Assembly (NCBI GenBank): GCA_030704615.1
Contig: CM060734.1
Location: forward strand, 33,232,001-33,296,000
Reading direction: 5' to 3'
From: Takakia lepidozioides
Lineage: Eukaryota > Plantae > Bryophyta
DNA: 64,000 nt
Of this stretch, positions 1 to 10,789 are shown piece after piece. A program made the translations under genes and the position numbers. Numbering within the stretch: the stretch's first letter is position 1; each line of letters starts with the position of its first letter. The notes beneath the pieces were generated by a model, which was given only the letters and a program-made list of their open reading frames with translations, ran no database searches and was not told the DNA's origin.

Positions 1-560
1 GCAAAGTCCACCCCTGCTAGAATCCTATCCATGACTCTCTGAAACTGCAGGAGCATTCTTAAGCCCAAATGGTAAGAACCGCCACTGATATAGGCAATCC
101 TTGCCGTGCTCATTGATCCCCCAGAATGCCGTCTTCTGCTTGTCCGCCTCCTTGATTGGCAACTGGTGATATCCGGATCGTAAATCCAAAGTGCTAAAGG
201 CCTTAGCATGCCCGATGGCATCAAAGATCTCCTCTGGTGTTGGCATGGCATACTTATCGGACTTGGTCTGACGATTTACAGGCCGGTAATCACCGCACAT
301 ACGTCTCTCCGTCCAATTGCCATAGACATCCTTCTTGGCTGGCATCACTGTGGCTGAAGCATACTCTCCACCAGAGAGCTCCACCAAACCTGCCTCCAGA
401 GATCTTGAGTCCTCATCTGAATCAAAGACCTCTCCATGTCACTGTATCTATAGGGTCTCCGAAAGATTGGCGTGTCAGTGGCCAACTCAATACGGATCTC
501 TTGACCCTTCAGTGCTCCCAAGTCCTTCAAACTGAAGGCAAAGCAATTCCTGTAAGCCCT
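1..560 (-). pseudogene. Gypsy reverse transcriptase, N-terminal part (frameshifted)
   Basis: ORFs 345..623 and 25..387 read PIFRRPYRYS..., EYASATVMPAKKD...RMCGDYRPVN...DKYAMP..EEIFD....AFSTLDLRSGYHQL...KTAF...YQWRFLPFGLKNAPA. After a frameshift it continues QRVMDRILAG. Confidence 0.95.
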
Positions 561-974
561 CAGGAACCGCCGTATACGTCGTCTCTCTCCTCCGGTGACA
601 ATGGGTCCAATGTCAGGCTCCAATTGTCCTCCGTAACTGCAACCTTAAGTCCAGTGGGCTTAGAGGTAGAGGACGCGTCCAGTGGTTGCTATGTTGCAAC
701 CTCTTGAGCAGTACTCCCTGCCTGCTCAGTCAATGACAAGGCCTCATCCTGCCCATCATCTCATCCTTGAGGACTCCTCAACCCGAGAAGAATCCCCAAC
801 CTCATCCATCACAGCCGCCTTGGCTGCCAACTCCCTCTGAACCTCGAGCACCTCCCACGTGTGCCATGGATGCATGCACCCCGTGGTCCTCACATGCTCG
901 CCCCCACTCACTGCCTGTACCGTCTCGGTAGGCAGAGAGACCATTGAGGGAAGTGTACTCCGCACTCTGCGTTG

Positions 975-1945
975 CTCAGCCAGAGCCAAGCTGATAATCC
1001 AGGTCAAGCAATTGAGATCCATTGCTTGCCCCAACACTTGACGACGTGATGCCTCAGAAAGAGACGACACCGCCGTGGTACCAGTGGTAAAACCCATTGC
1101 CCGCTCACGCTCGTCAGCATTAGGCTCCACTAACTGCTGCAACTGAGCATCCCACAGGAGGCCAGGTCCACTATCCCGGAAAGCATGCGATCCTGGGAAG
1201 CTGAGCAGTGTAGGTAATGCTGCTCGTGGTTGACCCACCTTGTTGACCACTGCCAAAGGCGAACGGTCATCGTGTCTCACACGCTGAGACTGCCTCCCTG
1301 TGTCCAGAATGTTATCCACTGTGAGATGTGCTGGCCGCTGCACCCCATCAAATGCACGCTTGAGCAGTGCGGGTGGCATCAAGTTAGTCCACCATAGCCG
1401 TGGACGATGAGCCCGTGACCCCACTGTAGCTGCATCTAGCAACACTGCTGACCCAAGCCACGACCGGACTTGATGCACACTGGCCATCACCCTGGCCCGA
1501 GAATCGCCCATCAGTGGCACATTCTCCAAGATGTATGCTGGAGATACAGCTTGATGAAGCTGCAAGTGGCGCAAAACCCGCACCATCTCCCAAAACAGAC
1601 CCGACCTCGAGTCTCGCAATCCATTGCCATGCCCGGCTGATGAATGCCCTTGGCAGGGCCAACCTGCCACTACCAGATCAATGGAGCCAACCCGCTCCAA
1701 ATCCTGCGCCCCCAGCAACGAAATGTGCTGGCAAGGCCTGCTGATATCCACGAATTGCAGACACCGACAACAACTCAGGGTACCGCTGCACCAACTGAGC
1801 AACATGGCGAAGTGAAACGCGTCGTGCAGTCTCATCCCTCTCCACATACAGGTAACGCCGAACTCGTACACCTGCCTGTAACACAGCAGCCAATCCGGTG
1901 CTGATCCCGCCAAACAAGTCCAGAAGACAAATGCCTTCATCCGGA
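975..1945 (-). CDS. DNMT3-like C5 cytosine DNA methyltransferase domain within retrotransposon pol (one frameshift at ~1725)
   Basis: Motif I LLDLFGGISTGL (~1935-1900), II YVERD, IV DLVVAGWPCQG (PC ~1655), GLRDSRSGLFWEMVRVL, VI YILENV (~1520), VIII AHRPRLWWTNL (~1400), IX ERERAMGF, X RRQVLGQAM (~1030). Spread over ORFs 1678..2061 and 756..2705. Confidence 0.93.
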
Positions 1946-2369
1946 TACTGCCACACAATAGGTGTGGTGTCCAATGGAGACAATTGAGGTGGTCCTGGTG
2001 CAATCCCCACACTCTCCTCCTCTCCTGACGGTACAAAAGCCTCCACCCAGGCTTGTTGCACCGTCGATCAGCATCCCGCTGCAAATCCTTGCTCGTGCCC
2101 CACAATGGAGTCTGAGCAACCATGGTAGGCAACTCCGCCATACCATACATGTCATCCTGCTCTCCCGGAGGTGGTACATCCTCTGAATGAGCATTGCCCT
2201 CAAGCAACTCTCTAGGCCAACTCACTGCCGCTGTGAATGCTGCTAGTGTCGGCATCTTGCCTCGCTGGGCAACCGCAACTCCTCCTATGAACGTCACAGG
2301 GAGCTGCACACGCCGGCCCTCCCCTGACTGCCATGCAGGCCTATAGGAAGCTGACTCCTCCCAAAAATC

Positions 2370-2700
2370 CAGGGTGAAGCCCATGGGGTACAACACTGCC
2401 CCACCAACCAGGACATCGTATGAGACTGCGTCTGTCACAATGGCCTTGGCTCGCATCACTGAGCCATCTGTAGGGTGATCCGGCCGTAGTCTGATAGCCA
2501 ACTCACGCCGTGTCATGCCCCGAGCCTGCTCCGATCCTCCCAGAGACGTCTGTATCTGGAAAGGACAAGGCTCCATATCCGCCTCCGTGAGGCCCAAGCC
2601 TGCAATAGCAGCTCTGCCCAGCATCAATGGCTGAGCTCCCGAGTCCAACAAGACCGCAGTGGCCGGTACCTCTTGCCTGCCGGTCCACTCAAAAGAAAAT
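2370..2700 (-). CDS. Retrotransposon aspartic protease domain
   Basis: AVLLDSGAQPLML (catalytic DSG) and the C-terminal YDVLVG motif in ORF 756..2705. Confidence 0.85.
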
Positions 2701-3049
2701 GCCATCCTGGTTGTCTAACATGACAACTCCAGGTGTCACCATGGCGCGCTCAATGGCTGGCCTAGCTGGCAGCTCCATCAACCTGGCAGCTGCAGCTTGC
2801 CATGGCGCCGCCGTGGCAGTCTTGACCCTCAAATCCGAGGATCCTCCGGCACTACACCTCCCACTATCTCCGCAGAAGATGAAGTAACCTCCCCACTCTC
2901 ACAGAGTGTAGCTGCCAGCCTGAACACCTCAGCTGGTCTTACCCCCGGCGTCGCAATCATGGTAGCCGAGAACAATGGAGCCTGGCACACAGATGTGGCC
3001 GCTCCTAGCAGCACACTAGCTGCCGTAGCCTTGGCAACACTAGGTAGTG

Positions 3050-4850
3050 GTGCTACCCGTGTAGCTCTCCCCAATGGCATAGTAACCTCCGCCTCGGTAA
3101 CAGTCGGCGAGAACTAGGTGCCATGGATGGCGTCGACACTGTCTCCGCCAATGTGAATGACTGAGGAAGCCTAGCCTGACGGCTTGCCTCCCCACGCTGT
3201 GGATCCAACTCCACCTCTGCACCTCGTGGCTCAGGAACTCGTGCTGCTCGAGTCACGGCTGCAGCAGACTCCACCTGCACTAGTGGTAGTGCTGCTCCAC
3301 ACATGAATCCCATGCCTCCCATATCTCCTCCCTCAGGAGCAGGAGGTGGACCATCCGGCCTTAGAGCCGGTACCACCTGAGCTGTAGCCATGGCAGCGAG
3401 CCTCTGCTCTAGCTGCTGAAGCCGGTTGGCCATGCCTTGGTCAACACCCTGACCTCCGCGTCCTTGGCCACGTTGAGCTTGCCCTTGGCCTCGTGGCTGG
3501 CCACCTCGTCCTCTCTGGGCTGCTCCACCTCCCCCCGGCCACCATTGTTCCCTTGGAACTGGCCTGGGCGCAACTCAGGATGCAAACCATAACACTGGGC
3601 CTCTCCATGCCCGTGCTTGCCACAATGCCCACACTGCAACTGTGCAGGCTGTGCATGTGCCGGCCCTTTGCCTCCCTCTGGGCAATCCTTCTTGACATGG
3701 GGTCCTCCACATGTCCAGCACACCACATCCGCCCGTTGTTGGCCAGCAAATGAAGGGAGAGACCCCTGCATCTGAGGTCCTCTCTGCCCTTCCCTGAGCT
3801 TCACCTGAGCCCCCTTGTTGCCTTGAGCACGTTGAGGTAGTGGTTGGCTAGGAGCACCACTACCCCGTGGTGTCTCCTTAGCAAATCCCACCATGACCAC
3901 TCGTTCCTCCACCATGTTGAGCTCTATCCGCTCTGCCAGCAAAAACACATTTGCTAAGGTGGGTTGGGCCGCTTGTAGGAGAGTTGCATCCCGCACCCTT
4001 CTCCTCAGCTCCTTGTCCAATATCCCATACCAGAATTGGACTGCCTGAGCTTCCGTAACCCCTTGGGTTACATTTATCAAGCGCCTCATGCGAGTGAAAG
4101 CCTCCCTCAAGCTCTCGGTCGGCTTCCGTTGGAACTCTTGCAAGCTCCGCAACTTCTCTGTCCTCACCCCTTGGTAGTTCCCTCTCAACTCTTTCGAAGA
4201 ACTCCACAACAGGGTTGAAGGCAGGCACGGGTGCTAGTGCTGGTGCGGTAGTGGCTTGGGTGGACGTCGTAGCTACTGTACCACCAGTCCCACTGCTACT
4301 TGCTGAAGCTGCCGGTGCAGCGGCAGGTGTAGCCACTGCCCTCGTGGCTCTAGTGCCCCTAGTGATGGAGACATAGTCGGGTGACCCAGTACATCCTCCA
4401 CTCCTCGATCTCAACCTCATGCCCCCGCCTGAACTCATGGTAATCATCCATAGGCGGCCCCTCAAGGTGCTGAAACAGCCCCTTCCATGCCATGAAAGGC
4501 GTAAATAGTTGTGGATTGCGCATTTGCTGCAAATCACACCAACTATCAAACTCTTGGATAAAATCATCCAACTCGATGGTGCCCACCGCCCCAGAGTACC
4601 TTCGTGGCCCCTTGGTAGCTCCATACATCTCCTCCATTGTGTCCCACAACAATGGCAAAGAAACAACTTGCACCGCCGGTATGAGTCCTCCTGATTCACA
4701 ATCCGAATCAGAACCTTCCGTAGAAGACACAGGAGGTGAAGGTGGCCTAAACCGCACACCTCGTCTCGTGTACCCACTAGTATCGCTAGTGCTCGAACCG
4801 GCACTGTCCCCAGCAACTAGTGGCACCTCCGTGTTGACACTCAACCGGTC
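3050..4850 (-). pseudogene. Gag polyprotein (frameshifted) with two zinc knuckles
   Basis: ORFs 4359..4844, 3878..4816 (part), 3409..4209 and 3053..3433. Capsid-like YSGAVGTIELDDFIQEF and LQEFQRKPTESLREAFTRMRRL; knuckles CWTCGGPHVKKDC and CGHCGKHGHGEAQC. Confidence 0.85.
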
Positions 4851-5539
4851 ATGAACATGTCCCTAACCCCTCTCCACAAGGTAACCGGGTAGAGAACCTG
4901 TTGCGGCTTATGGTTTGGAATACTAAGTTCCTAACATAGCCTACACCTGTACCTGCATCCACCGCAAGCACTCCTATGGTTGGCTGGTCATCACCTCCAA
5001 CCTCACCACAGGAGAAACAATGATGGTCTGGCTGGTCATCACCCCAGCCTCACCATCGACAGCATGCTCTAGGACTGGCCGGTGATCAAATCCGGACCAA
5101 TCACCTATAAAAACAAGCGCCCACACAAAACTAGCATGGCGCACAGTCAAGCATGCAGGTATGGAGGGGATCCAAACACAAGAAATCAGAACGACAACTC
5201 CCCACACAAAAACAACTCCACGGTGTTGCTCCTGCAAGGACACCCCAGCCCAAACCCGGACTGACTCTTGCCTCCACCTACGGAAAGGTCTTGGCCTAAT
5301 GAGAGGGTGGAAACTACGAGGAAGAGAAGCTAAAGCAATGCCTAACCCCAGCATGCCCTCATCCCAACACTTCCTCTCCTCTCTTCCCTCACTTGCATGA
5401 CCATGGGAATATCATGAAGATACTCCTCAAACCGCCCTCCACGAGCTTCAAAATTCGGCCTTCAAGACCACATGCCAGTCCTTAGGCAGTCCCAGTGCCT
5501 CCACGAGTCAGCACAGGCCGTCCACAGGTCAACACGGGC

Positions 5540-6115
5540 CCACACAGCTCACTGCTCACAGCCGTCACAGTCAGGCCACTGGGCACAGCCTGTCACAGCC
5601 CCTCATAGGTCACACACATCACAGCACAGGCCGGCACGTCACAGCCCCCACAGCCCGTCACAGCCCCACAGGCCACCACAGCCGTCACAGCCCCAAAGGC
5701 CACGGGCACAGCCTGTCACAGCCCCTCACAGCCCGTCACAGCCCCAAGGCCTCAGGCACGGCCCACAGCCCCAAAGGCCTCTGTCACAGCCCCACAGCCC
5801 CAAAGGCCTCAGGCACGGCCTGTCACAGCCCCTCACAGCCCGTCACAGCCTCAAAGGCCCAGGCACGGCCTGTCACAGCCCCTCACAGCCCATCACAGCC
5901 CCAAAGGCCATCACAGCCCCTCACAGCCCGTCAGGCAGCACAGCCTGTCACAGCCCCGCACAGTCTGTCACACAGCCTGTCACACAGCCCGTCACAGCCC
6001 ACAGGCCCACACCACAGCCCCTCACAGCCCCACACACACAGGCCCACGGCCTGACACAGCCCCTCACAGCCCGTCACAGCCCCAAAGGCCTCAGGCACAG
6101 CCCGTCACAGCCCCA
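5540..6115. repeat. Degenerate tandem array of (GT)CACAGCC(C) units in the retrotransposon leader
   Basis: Dozens of cacagcc/tcacagccc units are directly visible. Confidence 0.95.
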
Positions 6116-7295
6116 TCCATGGCCGCTCTGGCAGTTTAGCCATTTCTCCAAGGGGTTTAGCCACGCCAAGCTAGGGTTTGTGTCTCTTGGACTCTAGGCT
6201 TCTTCCACCGAGCTATGGCGGCTGTGAGGAAATCACAAGGTATTCTTGCTCTTTCGGCTCCTACACACCACCATAGTAGCCCTAAGCCATGAGGTTTGCC
6301 ACAAACAAGCCTTCTTCTCACTTAGCCTCCCCAAACACGCCACTAAACTCAATGGCAAACAACCAAGCCCTGCTGGTTCCCAGCCCTGCTCTTGCCATGA
6401 CAAGAGCCCTCTCAATGCTGAAGCTCGAGATTGAAACCCAATCTCACCATACTCCACAAAGTGCATTGATTTGCCCCAAGCCAAACAGCCCTTTCGCTTG
6501 GTCTTGCAATCCTTCACACAATGAAAGCTCGCATTCCCAAGTCCAGTTCTCAGCTTTGCCACCAAAGCCACTATAACTTGCTTGACTGGTCCTCTTCCCA
6601 ATCGTTGCTCATGCATGTACACAATCTGAAACCATCAAGGTGCTCTGGAATTACCTGCAGCATGGTGCTTTCATCTCTGAAGCTGAAGATCGAATGCCAA
6701 GGTCTACCACCTCGTAACCCACATCGCCTCCGCTTCTAAGAACCAAGAGCTCCACGGTGCTCCTTGCATAACAACTTGGTTTCTCTCATTCTCAAGCAAA
6801 AACCACAAGTGCTACAACTAACTCGTATCTGGCACTCACAGATACGAGCTCATCTTTCTCGAGTGATAAAGAAGAAGGAAACAAGCACGAGTTCACAAAT
6901 CTGAAGCATAAACTCATGCATATATAACCTCATCACTCAAATACAAGTCAAGCCAAGTGCACCCCACGCCATGGGGAATCCACACTACGGCGCCATAGCT
7001 AGGCGCGGTGAGGCTCAACTCGAGAAAGATGAGCCTCCCGCGCTTGCCATGAAGATAACCACTCCAGGGCCTAAATCTGCCTTGACCCCTGGATTGACAC
7101 TTGAGCCAATCCCAAATGTCAATATGTAAAAGCTAGCTATTTCCTAGCTAGTTTCACACTAGTGGTAAAATAACTTGACAGTTGTAGTTGGGCAGTAGAG
7201 GTACGAAGTTCTTGCATCTGGAACTGAAGACTCTACAATGTGACGACCATTTCCGCAAATGTGCCTTCCATCTTAACTAACTAAGGAACAAACTT

Positions 7296-7306
7296 TAGTC
7301 TCGCCA
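7296..7306 (-). promoter_or_regulatory. Putative primer binding site (TGGCGAGACTA)
   Basis: Minus strand reads ...CCTTGACA|GTT|TGGCGAGACTA: LTR terminal CA, a 3-nt spacer, then TGG (complement of tRNA CCA). The cognate tRNA was not identified. Confidence 0.65.
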
Positions 7307-7309
7307 AAC

Positions 7310-7952
7310 TGTCAAGGACGAGAGCATGACTGAACACAAATAAGAGATCAGACTAGAGGTACAAGACTAGACAAGAAGTCAAGGTCGGCGTGGCCGAATG
7401 CATGATGAGTAAATAGGAATCAAGATGATCTTTATAACAATGAACAAGAGTATAAGATATTGGAACACGACTTGAATACTGGAATGCTGGAAACTGGACT
7501 GGAGTACCAGATACTGGAAACTGGGCTAGAGTACTGGACTGGAGTACTGGACTGGAGTACTGGAAACTGGAAACAAGAGTAGCTTATTGCTATTGGCAAG
7601 ACTGAAGAGTGTCCAGTCTCGCCTCCTATATATACTGGCTACTGAGAAGCTTCCCCTATGGAGGTTTTTTGATGGAGAAGTTTCCAAAATTAAACAAAGG
7701 TTTCTTGATGGAGAAGCTTCCTTAAACAAATGAGGTATCTTGATGGAGAAGTTTCTTCCAAATGAAGCTTCCTGAGCAGTTTTCCAAGTTATTCTTGGTA
7801 ATTTGATAAACTCCTGGTAACTTGGTAAGTAATGGTAAATCATGATAGATAATGGTAAATCACGGTAAGTTATGATAACTTCCGGTAACATGATAATTTG
7901 GTAACTTCTGGTATTTACTCCTGGTAAGTTCTTTTGGGCTATGTCCGTGATA
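7310..7952 (-). repeat. 5' LTR of the DNMT-Gypsy element (~643 bp)
   Basis: Imperfect terminal inverted repeats TGTCAAGGAC...GTCCGTGATA (8/10 match), adjacent PBS, TATA-like TATATATAGG on the minus strand (~7625-7634) and internal ACTGGA tandem repeats (7475-7575). The second LTR is outside the window. Confidence 0.75.
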
Positions 7953-8260
7953 CCTGGGATGAGATATCTCATTGAGGATATTCAAACCGTTCTTGCTAGT
8001 TTTCCTGGAAAAACATTTGCGAGGGAAGGGCAAATCTTTTTTGTGGATGATGAACCATCAAAATCACTCAGAAACCCTGCAAATACTGGATATTTCCTTC
8101 TTATTTTTAATGGGTCAAAAAATAAGCTATCTAATATAAATGATGCAGTGTGGCCATTTATCTCAAACATGATAGGAGCATCCAGTGTTGTTGAGTATAT
8201 GAGTGAGAGCTGCAAAAACATCTCACGCAACGATAGATCGGAATCACCCACTATGGTCTT
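7953..8260 (+). pseudogene. Fragment resembling the C-terminal half of an FCP1/NIF (HAD phosphatase) domain, abutting the LTR
   Basis: YLIEDIQTV...QIFFVDDEPSKSLRNPANTGYF resembles the family motif LLxDDSPxKxxxNPxxTxxF. Confidence 0.45.
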
Positions 8261-10724
8261 GGTATGGGCGATATTTGGATCCTTCCGTTTTCCATCCGTG
8301 GACAAGTCAGCCTGATTATCTTGGTATGTACTTCGCCATTCATGTCAAAGTTAAATAAATACTGAATGGTAACATGCATTTGTTTTAGGTATGTATTGTT
8401 CTTTATTTTAGTTTCTCAATTAGCCGGTCGTTTTTTTATTGGGTTTGTGGGCTTCGATATTTTTCAGTGACTTACAAGTCCGATTTTGAACCATTCTGAC
8501 GAATATTTGCTTTCTCTTTGAAAACCAGAGTCCTCAACTTCAAGATGTGAATGGTTCAAGATCTTTAACTTCGTCAACCACACGTTCCAGTATCAATTCT
8601 GATGATCTATTCGACCATTCCAAGAATAGATCATTCTCTCCTGATGCAGAAAGTCAAGCTGGAATCGGATGGGGCATAAGGAGGCGTCTTCGAACTCAGC
8701 CCCTGAATACAAGTTGTTTGGGAAGGGAATCATCATTCGTGACGGATTCTCAAGTCTAGAATATGTCATCTCATGATGTTAGTTCTTAACAATTATAGTA
8801 TTATTTACGGCTGTGGCAGGGCATATGGACAATTTGCTGTAGAAATCGCAAGTTCTTTAGTTGTATCTGCACAGTTCGACTTACATGTCAAGGTTGCATG
8901 TAATGAATATCATTGTGCATTCAATGACATTCGAAAATAAAAATGATCTATTCTCATCTATGTCCAAGTTTGATTTGTCATTTCTATTGGATGATCTGAA
9001 CTATGAATGAAGCTCTCCTGATTTTAATGTTTGTTTCCACTTTTTGTCAGTTTTGGACTTCAAGCTCTACATGATGTGGTTGAAGTATATATTCTTTCTT
9101 TATCTCTCTTCGTGAACATCAGCATTAGAGTCCAAGTTTTTTCATTTGTCCAACATCCGCGAACATTTCTAAAGTTGATCAAAGTATATATGACTAATTT
9201 ATAATGGCACTAACGTATTGTTAGTAGAATAAAAATTATTTTTTGGGTTTCATATATGATTTATTTATTCACTTATTCTTATTTCTGGACTCATCTCAAA
9301 CACATGTAGATATGTGAGATCACGACGTTGCTCATGTCATTATAATAGAGCGTTGAGTATACGACCACATGGATGAGTAAATGAAAATGAGTGTGCATTA
9401 TTGTTGAACATTTTGGACTTCATTAAGTACTCATATTAAAAATTGTACGTCTCATATAAACTCATTAAGGACATCAACTTAGACATTTTGGGAGCTACAA
9501 TTGACACATTATTTGTGGTTTGAGATGATGTGCAGAGTCAAAGCAATTTTTGCCTCTGAAATAGATTTAAGAGTGAGATTTTCTGATATGTTTATAGATG
9601 TTTGGATTTTTAATAGATCATTAACTATCATATATGTTTTGATATAGCAAATGAATCTATGTATGCATTACAGATGTCGAATCTCTTAGTGAGAAATCGT
9701 TTGTGGTACATCATAGCATAGAACACATGGGCTGCGCAAAGACCCGCAAAACTTTGTTATGTATGTATGTATATATTTTTTAATAAACTCATACTGATTT
9801 GAGAGTTAAATTTTCAGCATCAATTTGTTGATATTATATTTCTATCTTTTCTTGTAAGAATTTAATTTAGGAACAAAATTGATTGTAGATAAGGCCATTC
9901 AAAGGGATTGTCTTCAATGACGTTGTACTGCAAGATAAAATCTAGGTATTTTATTTATTAATTTATAAACTTTTCATGTAAATTGGTTTGATCGTCAAAC
10001 TAGTTGTGTAAGAGACCAAAACTAATGCGATGACGTCACACGATGAAGATCTCAATTTCAACTAATTTATATGCAGGCACCACTCCTCATTTGGAGACTA
10101 CATGGAAAGTCCGCCGCGGTAGATGAACAAGGACTTATAAAAATTTCAGAATCCGGCCGACCTGGTGAATGGGCGGTGGGCTTATCAGCTCAGTAGTTGC
10201 GAGTATCTAGCCACCAAAGATGTTTCTCTGTCGCCTCTAAGGTTATTACTACGACCATTGATGCTTCATTGGACGATGCACATCTGACATTTGTGGATAC
10301 ACTCTTTATGGATGGTACAAACATGAAGCCTAAAGCAAAGTTCATGGTCTTGCTCATGGCTCGATATCACATATTGGCCACCAATATCATAACTTCACAG
10401 ATTACTTAGCAGCTTTACATACTTTATCTTTCTTCGGCTGCATATTTTTCCAAAGAAATACAAGTTAAAAAATGAATGACTTAGCGTCTAAAGTGTTATT
10501 GTATTTTTTGTGGCTCCTTTCATGTTTATACATGATTTGCCCACTCATTTGCTATCTATTGAGAGACTGAGGCCATGCATAGATAAAACCACAGTTTAGT
10601 TATATATACATTAATAGATTATCTAACAAGAGATATTTTCATGTGTTGTGTGAAGCGATAATAAAACCGTTGATATCGATCATATGGCACAAATATAAGG
10701 CTATCAACTTTATTCATTTTATAT

Positions 10725-10728
<4 letters not shown>

Positions 10729-10756
<28 letters not shown>
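10729..10756. repeat. (AT)n microsatellite
   Basis: Direct observation. Confidence 0.95.
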
Positions 10757-10760
<4 letters not shown>

Positions 10761-10789
10761 TGGTTAACAGGGGAAGGTGGCCCTGGAGC

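Larger units (their letters stand above)
1..7952 (-). mobile_element. Ty3/Gypsy LTR retrotransposon encoding a C5 DNA methyltransferase (5' LTR-PBS-long leader-gag-PR-DNMT-RT; continues beyond left edge of window)
   Basis: Order on the minus strand: LTR-like segment 7952-7310, PBS-like TGGCGAGACTA, gag with two zinc knuckles, protease LLDSGA, DNMT motifs, then Gypsy-type RT (RMCGDYRPVN, FSTLDLRSGYHQ, LPFGLKNAP). No integrase lies between PR and RT, which is the Gypsy arrangement. Confidence 0.93.

Noticed and set aside
975-1945. DNMT as a bacterial restriction-modification methylase or contaminant
   Set aside because: It is embedded colinearly between retrotransposon PR and RT, has DNMT3-like motifs VIII-X, and no endonuclease partner is present.
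5472-6197. 241-aa ORF rich in P/Q/S/H/T
   Set aside because: Artefact of the CACAGCC tandem array; it is antisense to the element and has no domain.
6984-6995. TGGCGCCGTAGT on the minus strand, resembling a tRNA-Asp PBS
   Set aside because: It is not preceded by an LTR-terminal CA. The 7296-7310 site fits better, with inverted LTR termini.
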